From IMG/VR virus record IMGVR_UViG_3300043571_000425: a stretch of DNA of 64,000 bases. One strand, 5' to 3'. The notes under the pieces were generated by a model. The model was given only the letters and a program-made list of their open reading frames with translations, did no database searches and was not told where the DNA came from. Both the position numbers and the translations under genes were made by a program. Shown piece after piece: positions 17,532 through 26,019 of the stretch. This DNA is from a virus. Position 1 is the stretch's first letter. Each line of letters begins with the position of its first letter.

Positions 17532-18595
17532 CTACCACATTCGCGCCACAATTTGACACTGCCACACTTGATCTGGTTCTGAAGAGAGGGGAATCAGCCC
17601 AATTCTCCGTAGCCGTCACCGACTTTGATTTACGCAACTGCCTAATTTTTGCAGAGATTCGCCGAACAGTCCCCGGTTACGACTTGATTAGCCTCTTCAC
17701 AGGGATTGTTGTTTCTGGTAGCAATACCATCCAAATTAGAAGATATCCAGGCACCGACGACAAAGCACAATTACTCAAATCTTTGCCCGTCCGAGTTGGT
17801 GACTTGATTACCCTGGAAGGGTCAGGAATCACTGGCTTAAAAGTTTTGGCTGTCACCGACTCCCAAATCATTGTTTCTGGCACAGCTTCTCGGACGACGG
17901 TTAACGAAGCTAGGCTATTAGTGCGATCGCTCTCCCTAGCATCCTTTACCGCAATTCCTTATCTTCCCATAATCAACGTCTTTCTTACGGCGACGGCTAG
18001 TATTGGGGCAACAACCATGAACGTAGCTAACGTTGGACGTACAATTCCCGCTGGCACAACCTTGGTTTTCAACGATGGTGGTGTAGCCTATCTAGCAGTG
18101 CTTGCAGTATCTTTGATTGCAGGAGATACCATTGCTTATGTCTCAGCATTAGCAGCAACTATCAATAGCGGTTCTTCTGCAACAGTTGGAGCGAAAACCG
18201 TAATAACTTCTGCCAGTGCTGCTATTAGTGCAACTTCTATCAGCGTTACTGGCTTGTCGGTTTCTATGCCGTCCGGGACAAGGTTAAATTTTGCCACTCG
18301 CACAGAAGATGGCTGGACATATATAGGTAGTGCTACCCTATCAAGTTCCGCTTTAGTGGGTGCAACGACGTTAGCCGTAAGTGCTTTGGATGTGGCAATT
18401 CCAGCTAATGCGATCGCATGGTTCGGCACTCATACTTTCAATAGCTTTATTCTTGCTATAGACCCCGCCGATACACAGTTTTTAGAGTCAGGCAAAGGCG
18501 GCTTCGACGTGATTTGTCGCCAATCGGACGGCTACACAGTCCGGCTTATTCAAGGTAATGTAAAATTAACAGATCATTGGATCGACGGAGTTTAA
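17528..18595 (+). CDS. tail fibre/baseplate-like protein (Ala/Thr/Ser-rich)
   Basis: ORF track. It lies in the fibre block and contains low-complexity A/T/S repeats. Confidence 0.6.
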   Translation: MTTTFAPQFDTATLDLVLKRGESAQFSVAVTDFDLRNCLIFAEIRRTVPGYDLISLFTGIVVSGSNTIQIRRYPGTDDKAQLLKSLPVRVGDLITLEGSGITGLKVLAVTDSQIIVSGTASRTTVNEARLLVRSLSLASFTAIPYLPIINVFLTATASIGATTMNVANVGRTIPAGTTLVFNDGGVAYLAVLAVSLIAGDTIAYVSALAATINSGSSATVGAKTVITSASAAISATSISVTGLSVSMPSGTRLNFATRTEDGWTYIGSATLSSSALVGATTLAVSALDVAIPANAIAWFGTHTFNSFILAIDPADTQFLESGKGGFDVICRQSDGYTVRLIQGNVKLTDHWIDGV

Positions 18596-18599
18596 AAAT

Positions 18600-20189
18600 A
18601 TGGCAGATGTAACCGTAGGAAGAAGTGTACCCTTACAACCTGGACAACAGCCCTCAGCTAGTTCTATTTCTGTGGTTCAAGCAACGGATCACCCACCGAT
18701 AGCCGTGTTTGACGCTTTTGAGGGTTCGTCAGAGGTCAAGCAAGATTTGTTGGGCAATCCTAGATTTGGGACACCACAATTATTATTTGCCAATGTCCGA
18801 CGTTACGAAATTGATGATAAGATTTGGGCGACTAAAGTAGATACCAATACTAATGGTAGAGTCCAGTTTGACAGTGCTAAGAGTGCAGCTAAATTATCAA
18901 TAAATGGAAGCTCTTTACTAAGTTATTCAAGTTTGCAAACTAAGATAAACTTTCCTTACCAACCTGGAAGGAACATGGACACTTCATTTGGTGTGCAATG
19001 TTCGCGCGGTAGTGTTAACGCAAACGTAGTTATCGAGTTTGGTGCTTACGATAACTTCGATGGCTATGGATTCAGGATAGTTCATGAAAACGGCAAAGAT
19101 AAGATGTTTGCTTTCAGGAGAACGTCTTCTGGCGAAACAACGAACGGAATTAATGTCTTAACACCAAGACAATCAATTCCTTATCTTGCCGGACACAATG
19201 ACTTGATGGACATTAATGCCTCTGAGCAAATAGTAGAAATTAGTAACTCTTCCGGCGATGGATATGGAGCTTTTCCTTTAAACGGGAATAGATTAGATGG
19301 TGGTTTAAACGGAGCAGTTGACGTTAACGGAAACACTACTTCAACCGGACATAAACTAAGCTTGCACAATAACGCATTGTCAGCAATGAATCTGACAATG
19401 TTTAGAATTAGATACGGTTGGTACGGTGCGTCTGGTGCTGATTTTTGGGCTTTTGTGCCGCTGAATAAAACCCCAAAACCCGGACAGCCAAGGTGGGTAA
19501 GGATGCACTCTTTTCCAATTGGAGACAGCCTACAATTTCCTTCTTTAAAGAATCCTGATAAGCCTTTAACTTTTAGGATTTATCGTCGTGCTGATGCTAC
19601 GGGATTACCAAACACGGCGGCTTTCCTTAATACATACGGAACTAGCTTTAGTATTGACGCTGGTGATCCGACACCCGTAGAAATTTACAGTGCAGCATCC
19701 CAAGTTGTTAGTCTGACAAATACAACGGCAACACCAATTATGGCAATCCAAATTAAGCCTTGGATTACCTCATCACCTAATACTATTACTGCTACGTCTG
19801 TCCAGACTCCCAATCAATTAAGAGCATATCCTTTGCAGCTTAGTATTAGCTCAACAGCACAGGTGGCGTTTAGTTTAGTGAAAAACCCTACTGTCACAGG
19901 TAACGCTTTTCCCACACCCACAGCAGGTGATTTGAGTGGTATAAGCAACGCGACAACTTTAGGAACGGTAACAGCAGGTACAGGTAAAGTTTGTGGAACA
20001 TTTTACTGCGGAACAAGTGACGGGCAAACCATCAATCTAACCGATATCTTTAGCTACAACAGAGAGTATTTGGCTAGAGAAGCACAGGCTTCTACTAATA
20101 CTCCTGGCGATACCTTGTACGTCGTAGCAACTTTATTGACTGGAAGTAGTGCCACCGTATCCGCATCGTTAGTATGGGGGCAGCAATGA
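18600..20189 (+). CDS. large fibre/receptor-binding-like protein, paralog of 20174-21799
   Basis: Shared blocks with 20174-21799 are GYGFRIV/GYFFRIY, F.RRT..G.T and GA.GA.FWAFV/GYGARFWAYV. Confidence 0.65.
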   Translation: MADVTVGRSVPLQPGQQPSASSISVVQATDHPPIAVFDAFEGSSEVKQDLLGNPRFGTPQLLFANVRRYEIDDKIWATKVDTNTNGRVQFDSAKSAAKLSINGSSLLSYSSLQTKINFPYQPGRNMDTSFGVQCSRGSVNANVVIEFGAYDNFDGYGFRIVHENGKDKMFAFRRTSSGETTNGINVLTPRQSIPYLAGHNDLMDINASEQIVEISNSSGDGYGAFPLNGNRLDGGLNGAVDVNGNTTSTGHKLSLHNNALSAMNLTMFRIRYGWYGASGADFWAFVPLNKTPKPGQPRWVRMHSFPIGDSLQFPSLKNPDKPLTFRIYRRADATGLPNTAAFLNTYGTSFSIDAGDPTPVEIYSAASQVVSLTNTTATPIMAIQIKPWITSSPNTITATSVQTPNQLRAYPLQLSISSTAQVAFSLVKNPTVTGNAFPTPTAGDLSGISNATTLGTVTAGTGKVCGTFYCGTSDGQTINLTDIFSYNREYLAREAQASTNTPGDTLYVVATLLTGSSATVSASLVWGQQ

Positions 20190-21799
20190 TGCAAATCCAC
20201 TTACCGGAAGACATTGGGGATGCTCAATCCAAGGCTGGGGAAAAGCCAATTGCACAATCTTATCCATTTGTTTTGGCTGCGGATGCCCTTGTACAATATG
20301 TTAGCGTTTTCCCCCCAAATTCTCCCGCAGAAGAAGTCAACCCAATCTATAAACCCTCAAGTGAAAACGTTACTGATGTCTTTGCTTTAGGAAGACAAGT
20401 CAAATCTTCCATTCTTTTCAGAAACGTTTCTAACTACGACATTGAGCCTAACCAGTGGAGTATTCAACTCTCAGACACTACTGATGGTGGCACTATGCCT
20501 CTGGATTCTGAGAGTATTATTTGGACTGAAAGAATAAATACTAGAGCCTCTTATCCAGGATCACTAACTGAGGTTAAATTCTTGCCTCAAGTTAGTGCAA
20601 TTCAGTTAAGAAACTATCCAGTTACATCTAATATTGGCTATCAGCAAACAGTTCTTTTTTCTAATAGAATTTTTAGTGCAGGTACTAATCCCATTCTGGT
20701 AACTGTAGCTGTAGAGATGACGCTTTCAGATAACCCTAACTGCTCAAAAACCTGGGGACTATTCTCGGCACTATCTGGGTATTTTTTTAGAATTTATGCT
20801 ACAGGTGCAGTTAATAATTTTGTAGTGGGATACCGTCGCACTTTAGGGGGATCTACTAATGATGTAGAAATAAAAAGGAGTGATTTTAACGGCGATAAGC
20901 TAGATGGAACTAAAGGGCATACTCAAACATTTACTAATGTAGGAATGTTTAGTATTGAAATTGGAACAGCAGGTTATGGTGCTAGATTTTGGGCTTATGT
21001 TCAAACTGGTAATAGTGCTAAATGGGTTTTAATTCATAGTTTATACGATGACTCGGATGGCTCTCAAGACAGAATCACGGATGAAGAAGGATTACCCATA
21101 AGTTTTGAGGTCAGAAATGTCGGGCAGTCCACAACGCTACAAACGTTGTCAAAATACGGGACTTCTGTTACTGGCATAGGTTCTGTAATTGGTAGTTCTG
21201 ATGTTAGTTCAATTTCCGCATCCAAAGCAGTATCGCCATCTAGAAGTCCGTTCCCGATTATTGGAATTAGGGCAAGCGATTTCATAAATGGTAAAAGAAA
21301 CTTTAATAATATTTTGGGGTCTAGATTAAATGTTTCTGTAGGGACAGGCACGTGGCGGATTGTATTGATAAAAAACGATGTCGTCGATCTCCTGACTAAT
21401 TGGGAAAAAATTGATAGTCTTTCTGCTATTCAATACAATACCGATAGAAATTTTTTCATAACCGGTGGAGTACAAATGGCTCAATTCTTAGTATCTCAAG
21501 GCAAACCTTTATCGGTTAACCTAAACGATATATTTGCTTTGAATAGGAGTTTTTTAACTGCTCAATACACAAATGACTCTCAACCTTCTGGAGATTTTGG
21601 GCAACAATTTCTTAGAAATAGCGACAGGCTTTGGGTCTGTGCTATTGACGCAAATATACCATTTGCAAATGACGAAATTATTTGGGATAGTTTAAATTCT
21701 TTTAATGTTTCACCTACTTACCCTTTCTCTTCACAAGCCGCATCTTTGGCTAATCTAGCAACAACCATTAATGCAAGTATCAATATTCTAGAGGTTTAA
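20174..21799 (+). CDS. large fibre/receptor-binding-like protein, paralog of 18600-20189
   Basis: See 18600-20189. It overlaps the upstream gene by 16 nt. Confidence 0.65.
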   Translation: MGAAMMQIHLPEDIGDAQSKAGEKPIAQSYPFVLAADALVQYVSVFPPNSPAEEVNPIYKPSSENVTDVFALGRQVKSSILFRNVSNYDIEPNQWSIQLSDTTDGGTMPLDSESIIWTERINTRASYPGSLTEVKFLPQVSAIQLRNYPVTSNIGYQQTVLFSNRIFSAGTNPILVTVAVEMTLSDNPNCSKTWGLFSALSGYFFRIYATGAVNNFVVGYRRTLGGSTNDVEIKRSDFNGDKLDGTKGHTQTFTNVGMFSIEIGTAGYGARFWAYVQTGNSAKWVLIHSLYDDSDGSQDRITDEEGLPISFEVRNVGQSTTLQTLSKYGTSVTGIGSVIGSSDVSSISASKAVSPSRSPFPIIGIRASDFINGKRNFNNILGSRLNVSVGTGTWRIVLIKNDVVDLLTNWEKIDSLSAIQYNTDRNFFITGGVQMAQFLVSQGKPLSVNLNDIFALNRSFLTAQYTNDSQPSGDFGQQFLRNSDRLWVCAIDANIPFANDEIIWDSLNSFNVSPTYPFSSQAASLANLATTINASINILEV

Positions 21800-21801
21800 A
21801 A

Positions 21802-22581
21802 ATGCCAGGAAGTACCATTAAAGCTGTTTTAAATGAGCCTTATCTTACGAGTTGGATTGCTGGAGTTCTATCAAACAATGTTGGTTCGTTTACCGTCGTA
21901 TCTCACCCATTTACGACCGGTGATGTAATTTATGTGAAACTGTTTATCAACGGATTTTTGCAAACAACACAACCAAAATACTTTGTTATAGTTGATAGTC
22001 CTACACAACTAAGATACGCAAGTTCTTTTGCAAATGCTATTGCGGGCGTTGCGTTGTCTATTCCCCAGGGGTTGACTGTTAATCAGAGCGGCCTGGGCAA
22101 TACCCCAACGATAGGCGCGAGCCATCCCCAATATCCTATGCTGTATAATCCATCTACTTGGATGGCATCGTCACGCTCTGTTGTTTCGTTTTCCCCTACT
22201 AGCAATGTTCATATAGATTTTACGATTAGTACCTACGCAGAGAGGGCAGCAGTTATACATACCCAGAATCTTGGTACATCTAATTCTTACGTTTGTGGAC
22301 TTTCTGCTATTGGTGGCATCTTTCAACAATCTGGCACGCTAACGGCATCTCCCAACCCCATCAATATAAACTATTTACCTGGATCAACAACTTTCCCAAT
22401 AAGCGGGAGATTTACTTTACAAAATAGTAGGATAAGTCTTAGCGTAAAGCAGATTAACCAATCCTATCTTACTGTATTCACAAGTAACATAATCCCAGGA
22501 TCTACAGACCCATTATTCTTTTCGGCGTGTTTTGGACTTAATGATCAAGATTTCAACAACTGCACAATTACTTATTTTTAA
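21802..22581 (+). CDS. hypothetical fibre-block protein
   Basis: ORF track, tightly packed. Confidence 0.6.
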   Translation: MPGSTIKAVLNEPYLTSWIAGVLSNNVGSFTVVSHPFTTGDVIYVKLFINGFLQTTQPKYFVIVDSPTQLRYASSFANAIAGVALSIPQGLTVNQSGLGNTPTIGASHPQYPMLYNPSTWMASSRSVVSFSPTSNVHIDFTISTYAERAAVIHTQNLGTSNSYVCGLSAIGGIFQQSGTLTASPNPININYLPGSTTFPISGRFTLQNSRISLSVKQINQSYLTVFTSNIIPGSTDPLFFSACFGLNDQDFNNCTITYF

Positions 22582-22582
22582 A

Positions 22583-23083
22583 ATGAAAGCATATATTATT
22601 CCACTAGAAAACAACGCTCAAATTAGCGATCTTTACTCAATAGTCCCCATTGCCACTAATGAAGCAAACGGGGATCTACTGTATGCCGTAGATGGTGATT
22701 TACAGCAATTTGAATCTAATAATTCTAATGCTAAGGAATATTATGAAGCTGATTGGTTTCAGAATGCTTTCCCTGACACACCTGGCGATACACCGCTAGA
22801 AAAATACTTAAACGCAATTAATGGAGTTACTGTGAACAATCCTCCCAAGTGGAACACTATTTTACCTGCATTAGCCAGTAGCAGTTTCTTTACGAAAATA
22901 CTCACCACACAGAACCCTAACGCTTTTTCGGCATTACAGACTGTGGTGCAATACAGGAATCTGGATTTGTTTATGGTACTAGCAAAAGCTACTTTAGAGG
23001 CGATTCCTGGCGGCTTATCACGGGAAGAGCTTGAGGAATTAGGCGGAATATTAGCTGATAATAATTTTCCTTCTGTTGTGTAG
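22583..23083 (+). CDS. hypothetical fibre-block protein
   Basis: ORF track 22532-23083. The ATG at 22583 lies 1 nt after the upstream stop and is preferred. Confidence 0.55.
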   Translation: MKAYIIPLENNAQISDLYSIVPIATNEANGDLLYAVDGDLQQFESNNSNAKEYYEADWFQNAFPDTPGDTPLEKYLNAINGVTVNNPPKWNTILPALASSSFFTKILTTQNPNAFSALQTVVQYRNLDLFMVLAKATLEAIPGGLSREELEELGGILADNNFPSVV

Positions 23084-23284
23084 TTCAAGATTAGTTCCGG
23101 GTTTTGAACTACTTTTTAAAACCCATAGCAGACGAAAGCTTGACTGTGCCAACGGCGCAATTCCCTAATTCTTAAAGAAAGAGGTATTTATGACCAAGGC
23201 AGTTCAGCGACTACTTACCAAAAAACTGACGGTACTATATTTCCTTAAACAGGGAAAACTGAAAGCAACTTATAAAAACGTCCT

Positions 23285-23497
23285 ATGCCTTTAGTTATTG
23301 CCCGTCCCTCAGTTGTCGAAACTACACTGGGGATTACCTTTCAAATTGGTGAACTTCCTACGCAAACAGTAGGCGATGTTGTTATCTCTAGCCGCACACC
23401 ACCCACTTACACAATCACCACATCTGCGGCTGCATTATCTGGCGCGTCGCCAATTTTCTGCAAGTATTCAGTGTCTTTCTTCAACATCTGCTCATAG
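23285..23497 (+). pseudogene. truncated second copy of the 17087 gene N-terminus
   Basis: MPLVIARPSVVETTLGITFQIGELPTQTV... matches the N-terminus at 17087. After about 50 codons it runs antisense into nblA, so it is probably a remnant. Confidence 0.35.
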
Positions 23498-23595
23498 TGC
23501 GCCACAAGTTGCTGCTTCACCTGTTCCGGTGACATCTGCTGTACTTGCATCTTAAAAGCGGCAATCTGAAACTGCTGCTCAGTAGTTAATTGCAT
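23407..23595 (-). CDS. nblA: phycobilisome degradation protein NblA
   Basis: 62 aa. LTTEQQFQIAAFKMQVQQMSPEQVKQQLVAHYEQM fits the NblA pattern (LS.EQ.F....F..QV..MS..Q....L..LYEQM) and the typical NblA size. Confidence 0.75.
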   Translation of the reverse strand: MQLTTEQQFQIAAFKMQVQQMSPEQVKQQLVAHYEQMLKKDTEYLQKIGDAPDNAAADVVIV

Positions 23596-23611
23596 ATAGT
23601 TACCGTAATTT

Positions 23612-23631
23612 CGATAACTTTATCGTATAAT
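23612..23631 (+). promoter_or_regulatory. operator-like palindrome CGATA-N4-TATCG abutting a TATAAT box
   Basis: CGATAACTTTATCG (23612-23625) is followed directly by TATAAT (23626-23631). It has the same half-sites as the operator at 28366-28379 and lies between nblA and the rha-like gene. Confidence 0.5.
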
Positions 23632-23720
23632 CAATAGGTAATGCCAGCACGGCGAGGGAAGCCATCTACTACTTCCCAGTCCGTTACAGCCGACAGTCCA
23701 CTCAACCGAAAAAATGAACT

Positions 23721-24509
23721 ATGAACAGTTTAACAAAGATTGACGTAATTGAACAAGGTGATGTTTTAGTTGTTGACTCTCGGCTAATTGCCGATGAACT
23801 GGGAATTGATCACAGATCGCTTTTCAGAACTATTAAAAAATACCAAGACGAGATTCAGGAGTTTGGACACCTGCGATTTGAAAACACATCTGTAGTAAAC
23901 TCATCTGGAGCAACAAATATTACATCGTTTGTCTATTTGAACGAAGATCAAGCCACTTACATAATGACCCTATCCAAAAACACCGAACAGGTTAGACGGT
24001 GTAAGCGGGTATTGGTTAAATCATTCTCAGAAGCAAAACAGGTAATCAAAACCGTAATTCCTCAACAGAATGATCAAATACGCGAGTTAGAATTACGACT
24101 ACAACTCGCACAGGCGGAAATGCAAAAAGCACTTGCGGAAAAATCTGTACTTGACACGCGCCATTTAATTGTCGCCACCTGCCCCGAACCCGTGCAGCAG
24201 AAAATACTGGGTTACGAGATTGTCGAGAAGGTCGAATACAGGGATCGGATTATTCAAGGTGGAGACGTAATTAATGACGGCAGAACCATTAATAAAACCG
24301 CGCTATGCAAGCGTTACGGGTTTATTAATAAAAACGGAAACCCTGACTATGCAAAACTCAAAAAGCATTTAGAATCATTGCAAGTCCCTGATTACGCTTG
24401 GGAAGATGTGCCAAGCGTCCGCGAAAATCAGGAATTACGCCGTGATTATTTGGAAGTTTTGGATAAGATGATCATGGATGATTCCCGTCAATTGTGGTTT
24501 GGGGAGTAA
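23721..24509 (+). CDS. phage regulatory protein Rha family (antirepressor-like)
   Basis: The N-terminus VVDSRLIADELGIDHRSLFRTIKKY matches the Rha domain signature (V.SR.IA..FGK.H..V.R.I). Confidence 0.8.
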   Translation: MNSLTKIDVIEQGDVLVVDSRLIADELGIDHRSLFRTIKKYQDEIQEFGHLRFENTSVVNSSGATNITSFVYLNEDQATYIMTLSKNTEQVRRCKRVLVKSFSEAKQVIKTVIPQQNDQIRELELRLQLAQAEMQKALAEKSVLDTRHLIVATCPEPVQQKILGYEIVEKVEYRDRIIQGGDVINDGRTINKTALCKRYGFINKNGNPDYAKLKKHLESLQVPDYAWEDVPSVRENQELRRDYLEVLDKMIMDDSRQLWFGE

Positions 24510-24512
24510 GCA

Positions 24513-24800
24513 ATGAAAAGACAAAAACGCCGCAACAGACATCAAATAAAGCAGCGCCTAAGAATACTCGATGCAATCGCCCAAAAGCAAATTCACAGAA
24601 GTTTCAATCTTTCGATGGATTCTTGGGGTGGCACTCGTTGCCCTGGTTGTGGGATAAATATTAGACCCCATCAACTACTTGACGCTGACTTTAGCGGAAC
24701 TTTAGTAGATGAGCAATGCAAATGGGCGGGGCATATTTCCGGGTATTCACTACCCTGCGATAATGTTAAAAAATGCCCTGGCGAAAGAGATTGGCAGTAA
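24513..24800 (+). CDS. Cys-rich small protein
   Basis: ORF track. CPGCG plus later Cys/His residues suggest possible zinc binding. Confidence 0.5.
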   Translation: MKRQKRRNRHQIKQRLRILDAIAQKQIHRSFNLSMDSWGGTRCPGCGINIRPHQLLDADFSGTLVDEQCKWAGHISGYSLPCDNVKKCPGERDWQ

Positions 24801-24801
24801 T

Positions 24802-25572
24802 TTAGTCGTAACGGCACACAAACCGAGTAGCCGTCAACCATTGCCCCCCATACATAAACAATTCCGACATCCGCCCTTCACCCAAATTGTGGAGGGCTTT
24901 GCCATTTTTAGGGTCAAGCAAAATTGCGGAGTGATGGGTTTGCGTCCCAGAAATGCACATCAGAATCACGTCATTAGCTTGCAGCAGCTCATCTTTATCC
25001 AGTTTCCTAAAACCCGCCTTCTCAAAATTACCCGCGAACATATCCCAATCGGGTGACGTGGTTTCCTCAATCCCATTACGCGGAAAGTCGGGTAAATCAA
25101 TTCCTAGCATCCCTTTGTAATAAGACCGCACCAGCGTATAACAATCACTGCGGTTGTAATCAAATTTCCACCCCAAGTAATAAGCCAATTCCTTCGGCAT
25201 CCAGGGGTTAGAGATTAACGGATAGGGGTAAATATCGTTAGGGTTGTAATAGTCCCATTCCCCAAAATCTGTATGATACAAGACATATGGCAATTTTAAC
25301 GCCTTGCTATTGGCTATATCTTCACGGCTTAAAATGGCAGGTTGTGAGTCAAGGCAATGACTGTGATAAATTGCTACAGCGGAATCAGCGACTAGATCAA
25401 ACTCGCTTTGTTCAATAATAAAATTATGCTGTGGTTCATTTGCACAATTATTCATTTGCACAATTTCGTCATTGTTCAGAATCACGCCACAGATTTCTAC
25501 GTCCGGCGTGGCGATCGCTTGTTGAATAATTTGGCGTTTGATTTGGGTGGTTAGCATTTTACGGTGAGACAA
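24802..25572 (-). CDS. tail protein K (lambda gpK family: JAB/MPN plus NlpC/P60)
   Basis: EICGVI ... YHSHCLDSQPAILSREDI is a JAMM-type motif. The C-terminal half has NRSDCYTLVRSYY ... THHSAIL, an NlpC/P60 Cys-His pair. Confidence 0.85.
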   Translation of the reverse strand: MSHRKMLTTQIKRQIIQQAIATPDVEICGVILNNDEIVQMNNCANEPQHNFIIEQSEFDLVADSAVAIYHSHCLDSQPAILSREDIANSKALKLPYVLYHTDFGEWDYYNPNDIYPYPLISNPWMPKELAYYLGWKFDYNRSDCYTLVRSYYKGMLGIDLPDFPRNGIEETTSPDWDMFAGNFEKAGFRKLDKDELLQANDVILMCISGTQTHHSAILLDPKNGKALHNLGEGRMSELFMYGGQWLTATRFVCRYD

Positions 25573-25590
25573 TTTCTAATATTGTTGACA

Positions 25591-25616
25591 AATAAAAACT
25601 CCTGATTTCTCAGAAG
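25591..25616 (-). terminator. rho-independent terminator (inverted twin of 25905-25932)
   Basis: The minus strand reads CTTCTGA-GAAA-TCAGGAG followed by TTTTTATTT. It lies downstream of the minus-strand tRNA-like gene. Confidence 0.5.
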
Positions 25617-25637
25617 TCCAAATTAGAATCCATTTAA

Positions 25638-25710
25638 CCGCAGGGGGAGGAATCGAACATCCTTTTTCTCAGGTCATGTTAGAGTGTTTTACCATTTAAA
25701 CTACCCCGCG
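25638..25710 (-). tRNA. tRNA-like gene with non-canonical anticodon arm (isotype undetermined)
   Basis: 73 nt that fit standard numbering. The acceptor stem has 7 bp (one G-U). U8, the D-arm GTTT/AAAC with G18G19, T54-T55-C56 and G53-C61 are present. The anticodon stem has only 3 bp, with the loop UAACAUGACCU. Confidence 0.45.
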
Positions 25711-25820
25711 AAAACGCCAACCTAAGTTGCTCGACCAGCGAGTTGTTCAACTGTATTATGGCGTAAAAACATAATAGCACAGATTTAGTGCAATGTTTCT
25801 GAACTACCGCGAAAACCTTT

Positions 25821-25895
25821 GTCAGCAATGAATTACAAGATTTTCTCTACCGACTTGTAATCGGAAGGTCGTAGGTTCAAATCCAACTGCTGGCC
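25821..25895 (+). other. tRNA-Thr(UGU)-derived sequence, probable attP core
   Basis: 25849-25895 reads as a canonical anticodon arm (ACCGA-CTTGTAA-TCGGA), variable loop AGGTC, T-arm GTAGG-TTCAAAT-CCAAC and acceptor 3' strand TGCTGGC. The 5' third lacks U8/G18G19 and is 2 nt too long. Confidence 0.45.
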
Positions 25896-25904
25896 TTAAC
25901 GAAA

Positions 25905-25932
25905 CCCTTGAGAAATCAGGGGTTTTTATTTT
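25905..25932 (+). terminator. rho-independent terminator
   Basis: CCCTTGA-GAAA-TCAGGGG is followed by TTTTTATTTTAT. Confidence 0.55.
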
Positions 25933-26019
25933 ATCTGTAGCACTTACACGCGCTTGGAATATTGTTTTATATGACTTTATATCGCATCCTGAATAAATAA
26001 TTTAGTACAGGATTAGTCC

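Noticed and set aside
24709-25056. 115-aa plus-strand ORF
   Set aside because: It overlaps the end of 24513-24800 and lies antisense to the gpK-like gene, which has clear JAB and NlpC/P60 motifs.
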